The notes under the pieces were generated by a model. That model saw only the letters and a program-made list of their open reading frames with translations, was not told the DNA's origin and made no database searches. The position numbers and the translations under genes are program-made. A stretch of 52,377 nucleotides of DNA from Octopus bimaculoides (Eukaryota): the NCBI RefSeq assembly GCF_001194135.2, contig NC_068999.1, forward strand, positions 22,717,474 to 22,769,850, read 5' to 3'. Every line of letters begins with the position of its first letter. The first letter of the stretch is position 1. Of the stretch, positions 37,770-49,006 are shown in pieces.

Positions 37770-39925
37770 AAAAGTTTCTACATGCTTACTGACTGAAGGC
37801 TCGATAGTTATTTTGATTTGTACCTCCAGCTGGGGAATTCTAACCGCGTTTCGTGATTCGCTACCTTCGGAGGTGTCTTCAGCTCTTGTTTTGAGTGCGT
37901 TTTTTCTTTCTCCTTTTTTCTTTTGTTCTTTGGTTTCTTCGATGCAGTGCCAACAAATGACAGCGGGTGAATGACCATCCTGCCAAACTTCCCTTTAAAT
38001 ACTCGCCTGTAGGGTCTAGCGGCCAGCACCAGCTAACTCTCACGTGACACTATCTAAGCTTCAACTGACCAATGGAGGGGAAGGACGCGTAGTTTTGGTT
38101 CGCGCCCTCTCTAAACCTTCCAACAATGTCGTGTTAGTTTCAGTTCCAGCGGCCAGAGCCGACCAGCTGTTTGGTGGTACAAGCCTTCGAACCAGGAGGA
38201 GGGCGCGTAATGAACGAGATCGATACCTTGGCCCACCTGTCAATCAGCTATGCTGCTTAAGTGCCAGCCAACCTCACCTAGCGACGTTATTTCCCAGTCG
38301 GCATGTTATGACTTTCGAGCCATTTTGGGTCTTCTCGTTTCAGCTATATACAGAAGCTGGCTTTGTCGATTGCCCCCTCTATCCTCCTTATTACTTTTCT
38401 CAGCTGCGAGCTCGAAAATTTAAACCTTCTTTTAAATAACGTCGTCATTTTCCTTTCAATGAAGCCTCTAGCTCCCACTGCCAGGTGGTAATACTCAACA
38501 ATCCATCCCTGTTCTCCGCACTTTTCGATTAATCTCTCATACCTCTTCTCCTTCCGTTGTTGTGCATTATCGATATTCACTTCTCATGGCACTGTCAGCT
38601 CTAGCAAAATTCCAATTCTCCATTCTGTGTTCCATAGGATTAAGTCCAGTCTTTTTGTTGTTTTTATGAGTGGAAATATTAACAGTCTTTCCAAATCCGC
38701 GGTCAGCTCCCAGTATCCCTTCCATCTTTCGTCTGTCTCGTATACTTTATTTGAAGGGCTGGTCTTATGTCTTTTTCCCTTCCTTCTGGAAGTATATCCT
38801 TCTGTGCTTTTCCACTTTGGGGTACTCTCCCCTATTATATCCCTCGATTTCCTCTTTGACTGCTGCGCTTATGACACCGAGGTCTTGATTGTGACGCCAT
38901 GTATATCTGTCTAGTGCTAGCCTACAGTTTGACAGAACATGTCTCACCGTCGCTTTCTCTCTGTATCTACATTCATCAGTCGTTTGTATGTTCCACCGGA
39001 CTAAATTGGCCTCTGAAGGTAAAATGACGAAGGCAGACTTGATCAGGAAGGATGTTCTTGCTTGTTCCCAAGCCCAAAGTTCCTTCCATGAGATTCTGTG
39101 ACTGACCACATAGTCCTCCCATCTCAGCCATTGTCCATGGTGACTACATTGCACCAAATGTACATTTCGCTTTTCTTCTTCCTCCTTTCTCACTTCGTAT
39201 ACCACAGCCCCTTTCATCTCTTTTACACTGCCTATGCAAAATGACTTGAAACTGTGCAACCCTAGACCGGCTCTTGCTTCTTGCGTTGCTCCGACTATAT
39301 CGGCGTGCCTTAGCTTTCCGATGGCCCTGTTTACTGCTTCTTCCACTTTCCATTTTCTCCCTGTTCGTAACTGTGGGGGGTTTTCTCGGATGTTCTGATC
39401 TTTCGAATACCTTAGCATCATTAATGTCCTTGCCAACTCTTCTCTTTCCTCCCCCTTTGCATCCCTCAATCTGGTTCTGAGTTTTTTCTTCTTTTCTCGT
39501 GTCTTTGCGATTCGTCTTTCTCTCCTCGATGGTCCGCCCTTTGCCGATGATTCTCCTTTCCTTGTTCTTTCAAGTCCAAATCTTTTCTCTCCTTCCTGAT
39601 AGATTATATTAGCCAAGTTCTCGAGCTTCTGTTCGTCGTTCCTTGAATTTGGTGGTCATTCTTGCTACCTCGTCATCAAATTTCTTATAGCTAGCTGCAT
39701 CATTTTCCTTCGGCCACTTAATCTTTGGCTTCTTCACGCCTATCCCTTTTCTTGGCTGTTCCGATTCAACTGCGGGATGACCCTCGCTATAGTTTCTTTC
39801 CAGGGGGTTCTGGCCACACGTCTTCTGGTTTTTCAACCCGCGCTGTGCCTACAGGAAATCATGCCCACAGAAAATCGCAGCCCTTAGTCTACTTGTCTGT
39901 AGTTAGTAAAAGAACAGTACACTAA
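37770..39925 (-). mobile_element. HERO-type (R2 superfamily, RLE) LINE derivative lacking the RT domain
   Basis: N-terminus KPKIKWP...RRERRIAK, then directly ARTLMMLRYSKD...RTGRKWKVEEAV...LRHADIVG...RAGLG...SFLIKS...LPSEANLVRW...HVLSNC..ALDRYTWRHNQ, then RLDLILWN...LLELTVP*E.NID.AQQRKEKRYERL...VGARGF. No RT motifs are present between the two parts. The 3' limit is uncertain. Confidence 0.9.
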
Positions 39926-40390
39926 CGTCCCAGCAACTTTTGCCGAGGTTTTTGCAAATCATAAACTGGATTACAACATAACTGATTTTACCATTTATTT
40001 CTTTCATCCGTGAGTTTGGTGCTAATGTTTCTTTCAACTCTACCAATCAGTATAGAAGAAAATTCAGAATCTTGGACTAGTGACAAAAACTTTTCTTTAT
40101 GTTGCCACATAGTGAATGTTTCGCCAAATGATCTCCCCAGGTGCTTTTCGTCAACTGTAAAAAAAAAAAAAAAGAATTCTAAATGAGATGCATCCACTTC
40201 AAAAATATTTCGAAGAAATTTATGTGTGAGGGAAGAAGTGTTACTGGACTATTAAAAAGTTTGTTGGAGCGAGGGGTAAAGAATAAAAGAAAGAAAAATA
40301 TAAAGTGTTTAGCAGAGAAAAATTTTAAACATCATATATTATTGATACTAACAAGAAAATAACTTTTTAATTTTCAATTTTTTTATATCT

Positions 40391-40450
<60 letters not shown>

Positions 40451-40459
40451 GCTATCTAA

Positions 40460-41390
40460 CTGCCAGATGGTACCAATTTACATGTTGCTGTTGAAGACAG
40501 AAAACCACGCTATCACCTCTGTGGCAGCAAAAATCACTTAAAAGCTGGTTGTCCAATAGACAAGGAGAAACAGCGACAAAACAGCAACAACAACAAGAAA
40601 AACAACAGCAACAACAAAAACAACCACAACAACAAGAAAACCAAAAACCAAAGAAAAAAACCAGCACTGCTACCCACACCACCATATGCATAGCTCTCCC
40701 AAGAAATGAAAGAGCATCAGCAACCAACAAGCCAGCCCAACCAAGCGACACCCCCATCAGCGCCACCAAGAACAGGAACACTACCATCACTACCACCACC
40801 AACAACAACAGCTAACGAGGAAGCGAAAGACGAAAGGACTCATACCCCACCCCCAGGAACCCATACACCACATCCCAACTGTCACCAACCAGCACCAACA
40901 CCAACACCAACAACATAATCAATATTAACACACTCAGAAATAGACACCAATACCCTTCCCCTCCCACTTTCTGATTCCTCCGACATGTCGTCCGAAGAAG
41001 GCGACACGGAGGAATGGCAATTTGCCACAAGGGTAAGGAGAAAAAGGGGGAAAAACAGAATAGAGAAGCAAACAAACAATGCAGGGAGGTTTACCACTCC
41101 CGAAACCAAAACACCCACACAAAACAAAAGCATTAACGCAAACACAATGAATTCACAATGCTGACAGCAATAAACACCAACATAACAGAAGACAATGTCA
41201 AACAAACAATTACCCACGCATAACACCATCACAACACATAAAAATCCTACACGTGACACAAAATATATGCAACATACTGAAATCTCTCTACATGATGCAA
41301 TAGGGAGATTTCAAAAGTACTTACCAAAAAAATGTACAAAAATCTCCTGAGAGACGATTGTTAGGAGAACAACCAACTTTCGAACAGTAG
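40460..41390 (+). pseudogene. LINE ORF1 relic with a zinc knuckle and a low-complexity linker
   Basis: LPDGTNLHVAVEDRKPR-YHLCGSKNHLKAGC-P is Cx2Cx4Hx4C with the first Cys mutated to Tyr (40511-40552), followed by a Q/T/P/N-rich tract and EEWQFATRVRRKR. Confidence 0.7.
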
Positions 41391-41404
41391 GTGACTCTCT
41401 CTCT

Positions 41405-41439
<35 letters not shown>

Positions 41440-41485
41440 CTTTTCCTTTTCCTTTCTTCTGTAAACCACAGCTTTCGATAGGAGC

Positions 41486-42703
41486 ATGCTTAGAGTAGGT
41501 TGTATAAATGTGCGTGGCTTGGGGTCACCTTGGCAACAAGGCTACCAGTTAAATGACATCAAGTCACAGAATCTGCATATCATAGCTGTCAGTGAGACTA
41601 GACTCCACAACCCGCGGGCCCTCTAGCACATGTTCGGTGGACAATTCGACATCTATTTTTCTCCGTGTCTGTAGAGAATGGGCAGAGGTAGTACCGCGGT
41701 GCTGTTTTAGAAGAGTCTAGACCTCAAAGTAAGAGCAATATTCCTAGACCTGGAGTGTAGGCTGGTCGTCTTGGATGTCGATGGCAGTAATGGGTGTGCT
41801 TTTCAACTGATAACAGTTTATGCACTGTCCTTAACAGGTCGGTCGGATTTCTTTCGACGTTTAGAGGTTTTCCTGGGTACGTCTCGACCTTTACTTTTAG
41901 TGGAGGATTGGAACGCTACCTTGGACACGCATCTAAACTACGTGGGTAGAGATAGGAATAGGAAGGGATGTAAATGCCTCAAAGACCTGCTCAGGCGTTT
42001 CCAACTGTCTGACAGGTATCGATTGGACCACCCGAATGTGCCAACGTGGACATGGAGCAACCGCTTCGGGTCGTCCAGATCGTATTTAGTTAGAGTATTC
42101 TGTAGGACTGGATAAGGATAGTGTAGGTTGTCCACAATTCCATATAGTGAGCTACACAGATAATAAATTTGTGACTTGTATGCTTGACTTAGGTAAGAAT
42201 CATAGACAGGGTCCCGGTTACAGGAAACTGAACGCGTCGTTCACGGCGCGACAGGCTTACGGAGACCGGATTAGCACATTAGTTAAGAGGGCGTTGACGG
42301 GAGCCATCGTCAACAATAGATGGTGGTATGCCCTAAAGAGAGCAATTAAAGCATAATCGGTGAGGTATAGTAAGGCTCTAGCGATAGATCGAAATAGAAT
42401 TGAGGGAGACCTAGTCAAGAAATTAAAAGAGGCACATAGAAGTTGCATCTCGTCCAACGTGCTGGCGTCGAGGTTGGCCCTCGACCAACACTTCAACGCC
42501 AAACACGAAGGATGCGTTATCAGAGCTAGGATGCATGCTCTGAGAAACCTAATTTGTTTTACATTTTTACTCCCCCTTATTTTCCTGTTTACGCGTCCCA
42601 AACGCTTTCAATCTCTTTTGCTCGTATTTCTTTCTTTCTTTCGAAAAGAAAAGTTCAACATTGTATTGTCCCCTCTGTGTTCGGCCCTGTGTGGCTAATA
42701 AAC
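41486..42703 (+). mobile_element. L1/Tx1-type ORF2 APE endonuclease region joined directly to a 3' UTR; RT absent
   Basis: MLRVGCINVRGL...AVSETR...LITVYA...DWNATLD...YRLDHP...TWTWSN...SYTDNK...PGYRKLN...GCVIRARM. After about 42546 the sequence switches to a pyrimidine-rich UTR ending ggccctgtgtggctaataaa plus (CTAT)n. Confidence 0.88.
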
Positions 42704-42773
<70 letters not shown>

Positions 42774-42814
42774 CAATGGCTGGACGGAAGTGGGAAGGCT
42801 TACACTAGCTATGA

Positions 42815-42917
42815 TATAGATGTTTTCGATCTAGTTTGGATTCTTTGCCATCAAATTTGATTGCAAAGAATTCAAATTTGATGGCAAAGAATCCAAACTA
42901 GATCGAAAACATCTATA
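42815..42917. repeat. Perfect 46-bp inverted repeat with an 11-nt spacer
   Basis: 42815-42860 is the exact reverse complement of 42872-42917. Confidence 0.97.
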
Positions 42918-43124
42918 ATAAACTTATTATAGAAAGTAAAACAGATTTTTCAATGAAAGTGAAATAACTTAGCTAAATAGTCGTGGTTGTTATTACTCTA
43001 AAATTTGTTATTCGAATTTTTATTGACAGCAAGAAAAGTAGATATAAACAAACAACTGAACCGAAATGAAATAATCTTGGTTGGCAAACAATTTAGACTG
43101 AGCTTTGTTACTGAAAACTGGTGG

Positions 43125-43187
43125 GAATGGTGATGGTGGTGATGATAATGACGGCAGCGGCGGCGGCGGCGGTGGTGGTGGTGGTGA

Positions 43188-43221
<34 letters not shown>

Positions 43222-43312
43222 GGTGGTGGTGATGGTGGTGGTAGTGGTGGCGGTGGTGGTGATGGTGGAAGTAGCGGTGGTGGTGGTGATGGTGGAGGTA
43301 GCGGTGGTGAGT
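43125..43312. repeat. Compound (GGT)/(GAT)/(GGC) trinucleotide repeat
   Basis: Directly visible; source of the poly-His and poly-Gly ORFs. Confidence 0.95.
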
Positions 43313-43750
43313 GAATAATGAAAAGTATAGTTTTTTATTGAACAAAATTTTTGATATCGCCTATCACTTAAGGCATACGCATAAGTGTAATTATTTATCG
43401 TCTGCTCGCTTGAAAATTGATATTCGTTTATAAAATATGGATGACAGACGATGTAAGCTAAGAGAAAGAATGAGATGGTATAGGCAATGACATAAAGAGA
43501 AGCAGAGAGTCGAATTACTAGAACAAGTACGGGGGTATCAGCGTGTAGAAGGGAAAATGTGAATAAAAGAGTATAGTGTGGATATTTACAACAGATAAGG
43601 AAAGTGTTCAAGATAGAATATGAAATGAAAATGGGAACGAACGTCAAAAAAAAAAAAACCTTGATATATGGTTGAAATTTACATGTGACATGAATATTCT
43701 CTGTAATCACTCTTTGATTTATAAATAAACTTCTGGAGTGCTGAGAGAAT

Positions 43751-43966
43751 CTTTTCTACTCTAGGCACAAGACCCGAAATTTTGGGGGAGGGAGCCAGTC
43801 GATTAGATCGACCCCAGTTCGCAACTGGCATTTAATTTATCGACCCCGAAAGGATGAAAGGCGAAGTCGACCTCGGCGGAATTTGAACTCAGGATGTAAA
43901 GACAGACGAAACACCTCTAAGCATTTCGCCTGGCGTGCTAAGGATTCTGCCAGCTCGACGCCTTGA
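43751..43966 (-). mobile_element. SINE family B with a 14-bp TSD
   Basis: agtgctgagagaat at 43737-43750 and 43967-43980. Confidence 0.92.
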
Positions 43967-44544
43967 AGTGCTGAGAGAATGAGAAAGTCATGCTCCGTCA
44001 ATTACAGTCTTATCTGGAAGAACTGAAAGCTGTTTTTAAAAGAAAATAATGAAAAATATACAATTTACAAAGGAACACTTATTTTTATGGCTCTATATAA
44101 ACTTACAACTTTCTGAAACATGTCGTATTTACTCTGGAATTTCCATGAGTGCTGTTAGTCTCTAATTAATAATTCAGCACCACAAAAATAGTGCAGAATA
44201 CAGTAACAAATTTTGTTGATAATTTGACATCCAACTTTGCTTGTAGAACGGATGAAAGACGTAAATACAATTATCAAAGCTCTGTATTATCAAATGGCTT
44301 GGCGTGTGTCTTAAATGCTGTGTGTGGCAGCCATATTGACCGCTCCTTCGTTAAGCGTAACATATCTTCGAATGTAGCAAGCACACGATTATGAAGTAAC
44401 CACATGGTGCGCGCCATAAATCCTATACACCACACGCACCCATCTCATGTAGCACTACTGGCTGTATCACGTTTAAGGCAATGATTTAATAATAACTACA
44501 TGAGCTTCAGCTGAAACCTTTTCAAAGCAATAAATAGCAATACG

Positions 44545-44882
44545 GCTGATCAAAATCTTCTGAGTGGATTTGGTAAATGGACACTGAAAGAAGCCCTTCG
44601 TATATAGATGTGCGTGTTTGTGCGTGCGTGTGTGTGCGTGCGTGCGTGCGTGTGTGTGTGAGTGTAAGTGTGGGCATGTTTGTGCCTCTTCGTCTTAACA
44701 TCGCATAGTTGTTGTCATTGATTTCCAATATTTTGTGGAAGCGTGTCTGGCCATGGGGGAAATATTACCTTACTAACAAAAAGGTAAGGGTTGGCGAGAG
44801 CAAGGGCATCCAGTCGTAGAAAATCTGTCTTAATGAACTCTGATTGACCAATGCAACCATGGAAATGTGACCATTAAGACGA

Positions 44883-44885
<3 letters not shown>
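44545..44885 (+). mobile_element. SINE with a family A central module but a different 3' tail ending in (GAC/GAT)n
   Basis: gagtggatttggtaaatggacactgaaagaagccc plus a TG tract, then ggccatgggggaaatattacc...agggcatccagtcgtagaaaatctg...ccattaagacgatgacgacg. The tail is related to the end at 52160-52210. Confidence 0.7.
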
Positions 44886-44916
<31 letters not shown>

Positions 44917-45815
44917 GATGATGGTGATGATGATGATGATGATGATGATGACGATGATGATGATGACGATGGTGATGGTGGTGGTGGTGGTGGTGGTAAT
45001 GATGACAGCAGATTAAAACTCACATTATACAGGTTTTGTGTTAGATGATGTTTCTCTATGATCTCGGAATTGAGCAAAGCAGAAACCACGATCCACAAAC
45101 TACTATTTATTTAAAAGTATCTGTAGCAGTAGAGCTCACACACTCCATTACACAGATACTCTCTGTCACGTGTGCACTTTGATGACACACTATCACACTG
45201 TTTCTATCCAATCAGAGACTGGCATTACTTTGATGACTTGTTGACAGTTTTTGGACAAAAACATCAAAAGTATTTCTTGAAAAGCCGGCTCACTCGACAT
45301 TCTGAATTTCCACCAATCAAACATGCACGTAGTAGCAATTACTTATTCCAACCAATTGAAACACCTCGTCTGTTAGCACGTCCGTGCATTTCAAACTCTT
45401 GTTTTCTATCTCCTCTTTATGATAAAAGCCTTTGTTTTTGCAAGCTTGGAGAGTTTGTCACAAAGCTGTACAGCAATATGCTGCATCACATGACATTTCT
45501 CCACGCCTGCTCCTAGGCAGAACAGAGTTTTGTCGCACTGTTGCTAGATTCTAACGACATCGAACGATCTGATGTTGAAACAGAGTTCTCCCGTTCTCAC
45601 TCTCTCATTTCCTCTCTTTCTCTCTCACTCGACAGGTCTTCGCTAGAAACTGCAACCACGCCCCTATTCCAAACAAAAGGCTGAAACATACATATATACA
45701 TTATGAGTAGTTCTAATACATACATACATACATACATACATACATACATACATACATACGGACGTAACTGGTTTCTGCCGTCTATTAAGTTTGTGTGCGC
45801 GCGTATATATTTATG

Positions 45816-45909
<94 letters not shown>

Positions 45910-46377
45910 TGTGTGTGTGTGTGCTATAAGACTAAAGCTTATAAGCGATCACCGTGTATTGACTAAAGCAAATAGTTTAGTATTGGAGCTATAAGCCCTC
46001 GACGGAAGAACGTGGGTTTTCGAAAACCCACTTATATATATATAATTCCAAGAAAGTTAGGGGTTGTGAATCCAACCAACTAAGGGATAATATCTATCCA
46101 AAATACTGCCGGAAGAATACCCAATTATTATTACACTAGTGGTTTTTCTTTGTATTACCAAGTGCAATAAATGGGTGCGGGTAAAAAGATATTTTACCAT
46201 TAATTTATATAGCAATAAGAAAATGGAGGGGGATAGGTGGTACTCATCAACTTGCAGACATTGTATTGTGTCAATTTACCTGTTTAATTACAAAAATGGG
46301 ACAAGAACACAAAACATTCAGACAAACGATACAAAAAAAAAAAAAAAAGAACGGGTTATTCGGAGTTTTCATATATA

Positions 46378-46414
<37 letters not shown>

Positions 46415-46531
46415 TGACTTGTTTGTTTTTTGCTTATTTTTTTAATGTTTGGATCACCCGAAATCAAAAGGATTATGGTCAACGTAATAAAATGCTTTGA
46501 TGTTATCTTCATTTCACTTTTCAACCACCCC

Positions 46532-46690
46532 GGTGCAGGCTTCGCTGCGTGGTTAAGAAACTCTCCTTGCAACCATCAAACATGCACGTAGTTCGAGTTC
46601 GGTCCCACTGCACAACGCCTTGGGTAAGTGGCTTCTAATATAGATCTGGGCCAGCACAATGCTTTGTGAGTGGATTTGTTTGGAAGCCCT
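46532..46690 (+). mobile_element. SINE family A head
   Basis: ggtgcaggcttcgctgcgtggttaag...gagttcggtcccactgcacaacgccttgggtaagtg...gctttgtgagtggatttg. Confidence 0.78.
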
Positions 46691-46892
46691 TCCTCTCTCT
46701 CTGTCTCTCTCAGTCTCTCTCTCACTCTCTCTCTCTCTCTCACACACACTCTCTCTCTGTGTATATATGTATGTATGTATATATGCATGCATGCATGTAT
46801 GTATGTATGTATGTATGTATGTAAGTATGTATATATGTACGCATGCATGTATGTATGTACGTACGTATGTATATATATATATATATATATAT

Positions 46893-46924
<32 letters not shown>

Positions 46925-47520
46925 GTATTCGGACTGTTGTCATAGTAACGAAGCTAAAGCACGCACAGTAAAGCCGCTTTGCACAGATTGACTTTGAATG
47001 CTGCTGTGCACTAAAATATAACATTCTAGCTCACTTCTGCTGTTTACAGCAGTGCTTAGAAGGAAGGTGTGTAGCGTGTGATCGTCTCATTGACCACGTG
47101 AGAAAAGGTTGAGCGGAGAATTTGCATCAAATTTTGCCAAAGGCTTGGTGATACCTGCTCAAAGGCCTACGCAAAGTTTCAACAAGTTTTCATCGTTCTC
47201 GACAGAGTCAAGGACATCTTGTGCGACTTAAACCCGAATGTCTTTCCGGTCAGCTGAAAGCAGTTTTGGCACAAACTTAGCAGATACGCGTCTCATAATC
47301 AAATCTTCAGTGATAATGAGCTGAACTGAACCATAACTAATCTGCACATTCTCTGATAACTCACGTATGGTGATTTGACGACTTTCCTCCGCAGCTGCTC
47401 GCACATCTGCGATGTTTTTCTCAGTTCTGCTGGTTGCGGGTCCCCCATAATGTTCGTCAATATCAACATTTTTTCGACCATCTTGGAAACGTCTGAAGCA
47501 CTTGTACACTTGTATACAAG
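46925..47520. mobile_element. Mariner 5' portion with an internal inversion
   Basis: Plus strand 47100-47190: EKVERRICIKFCQRLGDTCSKAYAKFQQVF. Minus strand 47520-47177: VYKCFRRFQDGR...RQITIRELS...RRVSAKFVPKLLS...ENDENLLK. Confidence 0.9.
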
Positions 47521-48319
47521 TTGAGTTGCTTCGTTTTCAAATTCTCATGCATACAATCAATTTCCTGGCAATACGATATTGCTGTTACTGTTTTCCCTTG
47601 TTGCAAAAATGAATAATGAATAACCCCTTCGCAGACCACCATACAGTGACCACTAACTTTTTAGGGTGCAATGAAAGGTTTGAGTAGTGTTTAGGTAACT
47701 CTCCTGCATCTAATCACTGTCCTGTTCTCCTGCTGTTGTCAAAGAGTATCCATTTCTCATCACAAGTAATGATTTGATGCAAAAATGGTCTTTTCCCAGT
47801 TGAGAAAGCAATAAGGAGCACACTTCGAGGCGTCTGTTTTTTTTTTTTTTTAATCTCGTTCAGTTGATGTGGAACAAATCTATCCGTTTTCTTGACTTTT
47901 CCAATTTTTTACAGATGTCCAAAAACAGTTGTGCGAGATGTTTGGAGTTCTGATGAAAGTTTTCGAACCTTTGTTCTCGGATTTTGTTCAACCAAAGCAT
48001 TTAATACATCATGCCGAATAACTGATTTTGGTCTACCCCTTGGTTTATTTCAAGGTTATCATCTCCTGAACGAGAGCTTTGGAACCATCTCTGAACTGTT
48101 CTGATATTCCGTAGAGCTTCTGCGGCAGAGTGACCCAGTTTGTACTCATACGAGAAAATCACTCAACAAAGTTTGGTTGTTATCATTTTCATAAGGTCTG
48201 TGGGTAGGAATTTTGCATACCAATGTTGTTGGGAAAGAAAAGAAGTCACGATTAAATGCAAAGTATACGTAATTGAGTTTTTTAATGACTAACATAATAA
48301 GTTATGTGAAACAACCTAA

Positions 48320-48321
<2 letters not shown>
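47521..48321 (-). mobile_element. Second mariner family, 5' two-thirds, pseudogenised
   Basis: TIR tattaggttgtttcacataac; YEYKLGHSAAEA...RTVQRWF...GRPKS...FVPHQL...IITCDEKWILFDN...KKLVVTVWWSAKGVIHYSFLQQGKTVTA. Confidence 0.92.
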
Positions 48322-48339
<18 letters not shown>

Positions 48340-48353
<14 letters not shown>

Positions 48354-48565
48354 ATGTGTGTGGGTGTGCTGTTGTTTTTCTCCCACCCCATTGCTTGACA
48401 ACCTGTACGGGTTTGTTTACATTCCCGTAACGGTTAGGTAGAAGAGTCCGATAGAATAAGTAGGAGACTTCAGAAATAAGTACTAGCGTCGGTTTGTTCG
48501 ACAAAACCTGCAAGGCAGTCTCCAAGCATAACTGCAGTCCAATGACTGAAACAAGTAAAGGACAA
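48340..48565 (+). mobile_element. SINE family A, 3' half
   Basis: cccattgcttgacaacc...ccgatagaataagtagg...gcagtccaatgactgaaacaagtaaag. Confidence 0.8.
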
Positions 48566-48585
48566 GATTTGAAAAAAAGGACATA

Positions 48586-48746
48586 GGCAAAGGCGTGGTT
48601 GTGTGGTAAGAAGTTTCTTCAAAACCACATGGTTTCAGGTTCAATCCCACTGCATGGTTCCTTGAGCAAGTGTCTTCTACTATAGCCTCAGGCCGATCAA
48701 AGCCTTGTGAGTGGATTTGGTAAACGGAAACTGAAAGAAGCCTCGC

Positions 48747-48791
<45 letters not shown>

Positions 48792-49006
48792 GTGTATATT
48801 TTTGTGTTTGTTCCCCACCACCGCTTGACAACCAGTGCTGGAGTGTTTACATCCTCGTAACCAAGCGGTTCGGCAAAGTTGCCGATAGAATGAGTACAAG
48901 ATTTAAAAATTAAGTCTTGGAGCCGATTTACTCGACTAAAATTTCTTCAATGTGGTGCCCCAGCATGGCCGTAGTCTAATGACTGAAACAAATAAAAGGT
49001 TAAAAG
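48586..49006 (+). mobile_element. SINE family A, full length
   Basis: All modules are present, including the internal (TA)n(TG)n. Confidence 0.9.

Noticed and set aside
42998-43345. Poly-His and poly-Gly ORFs
   Set aside because: Trinucleotide repeat with non-coding flanks.
45172-45516. 114-aa ORF
   Set aside because: GTG start, no motif, no coding-like composition.
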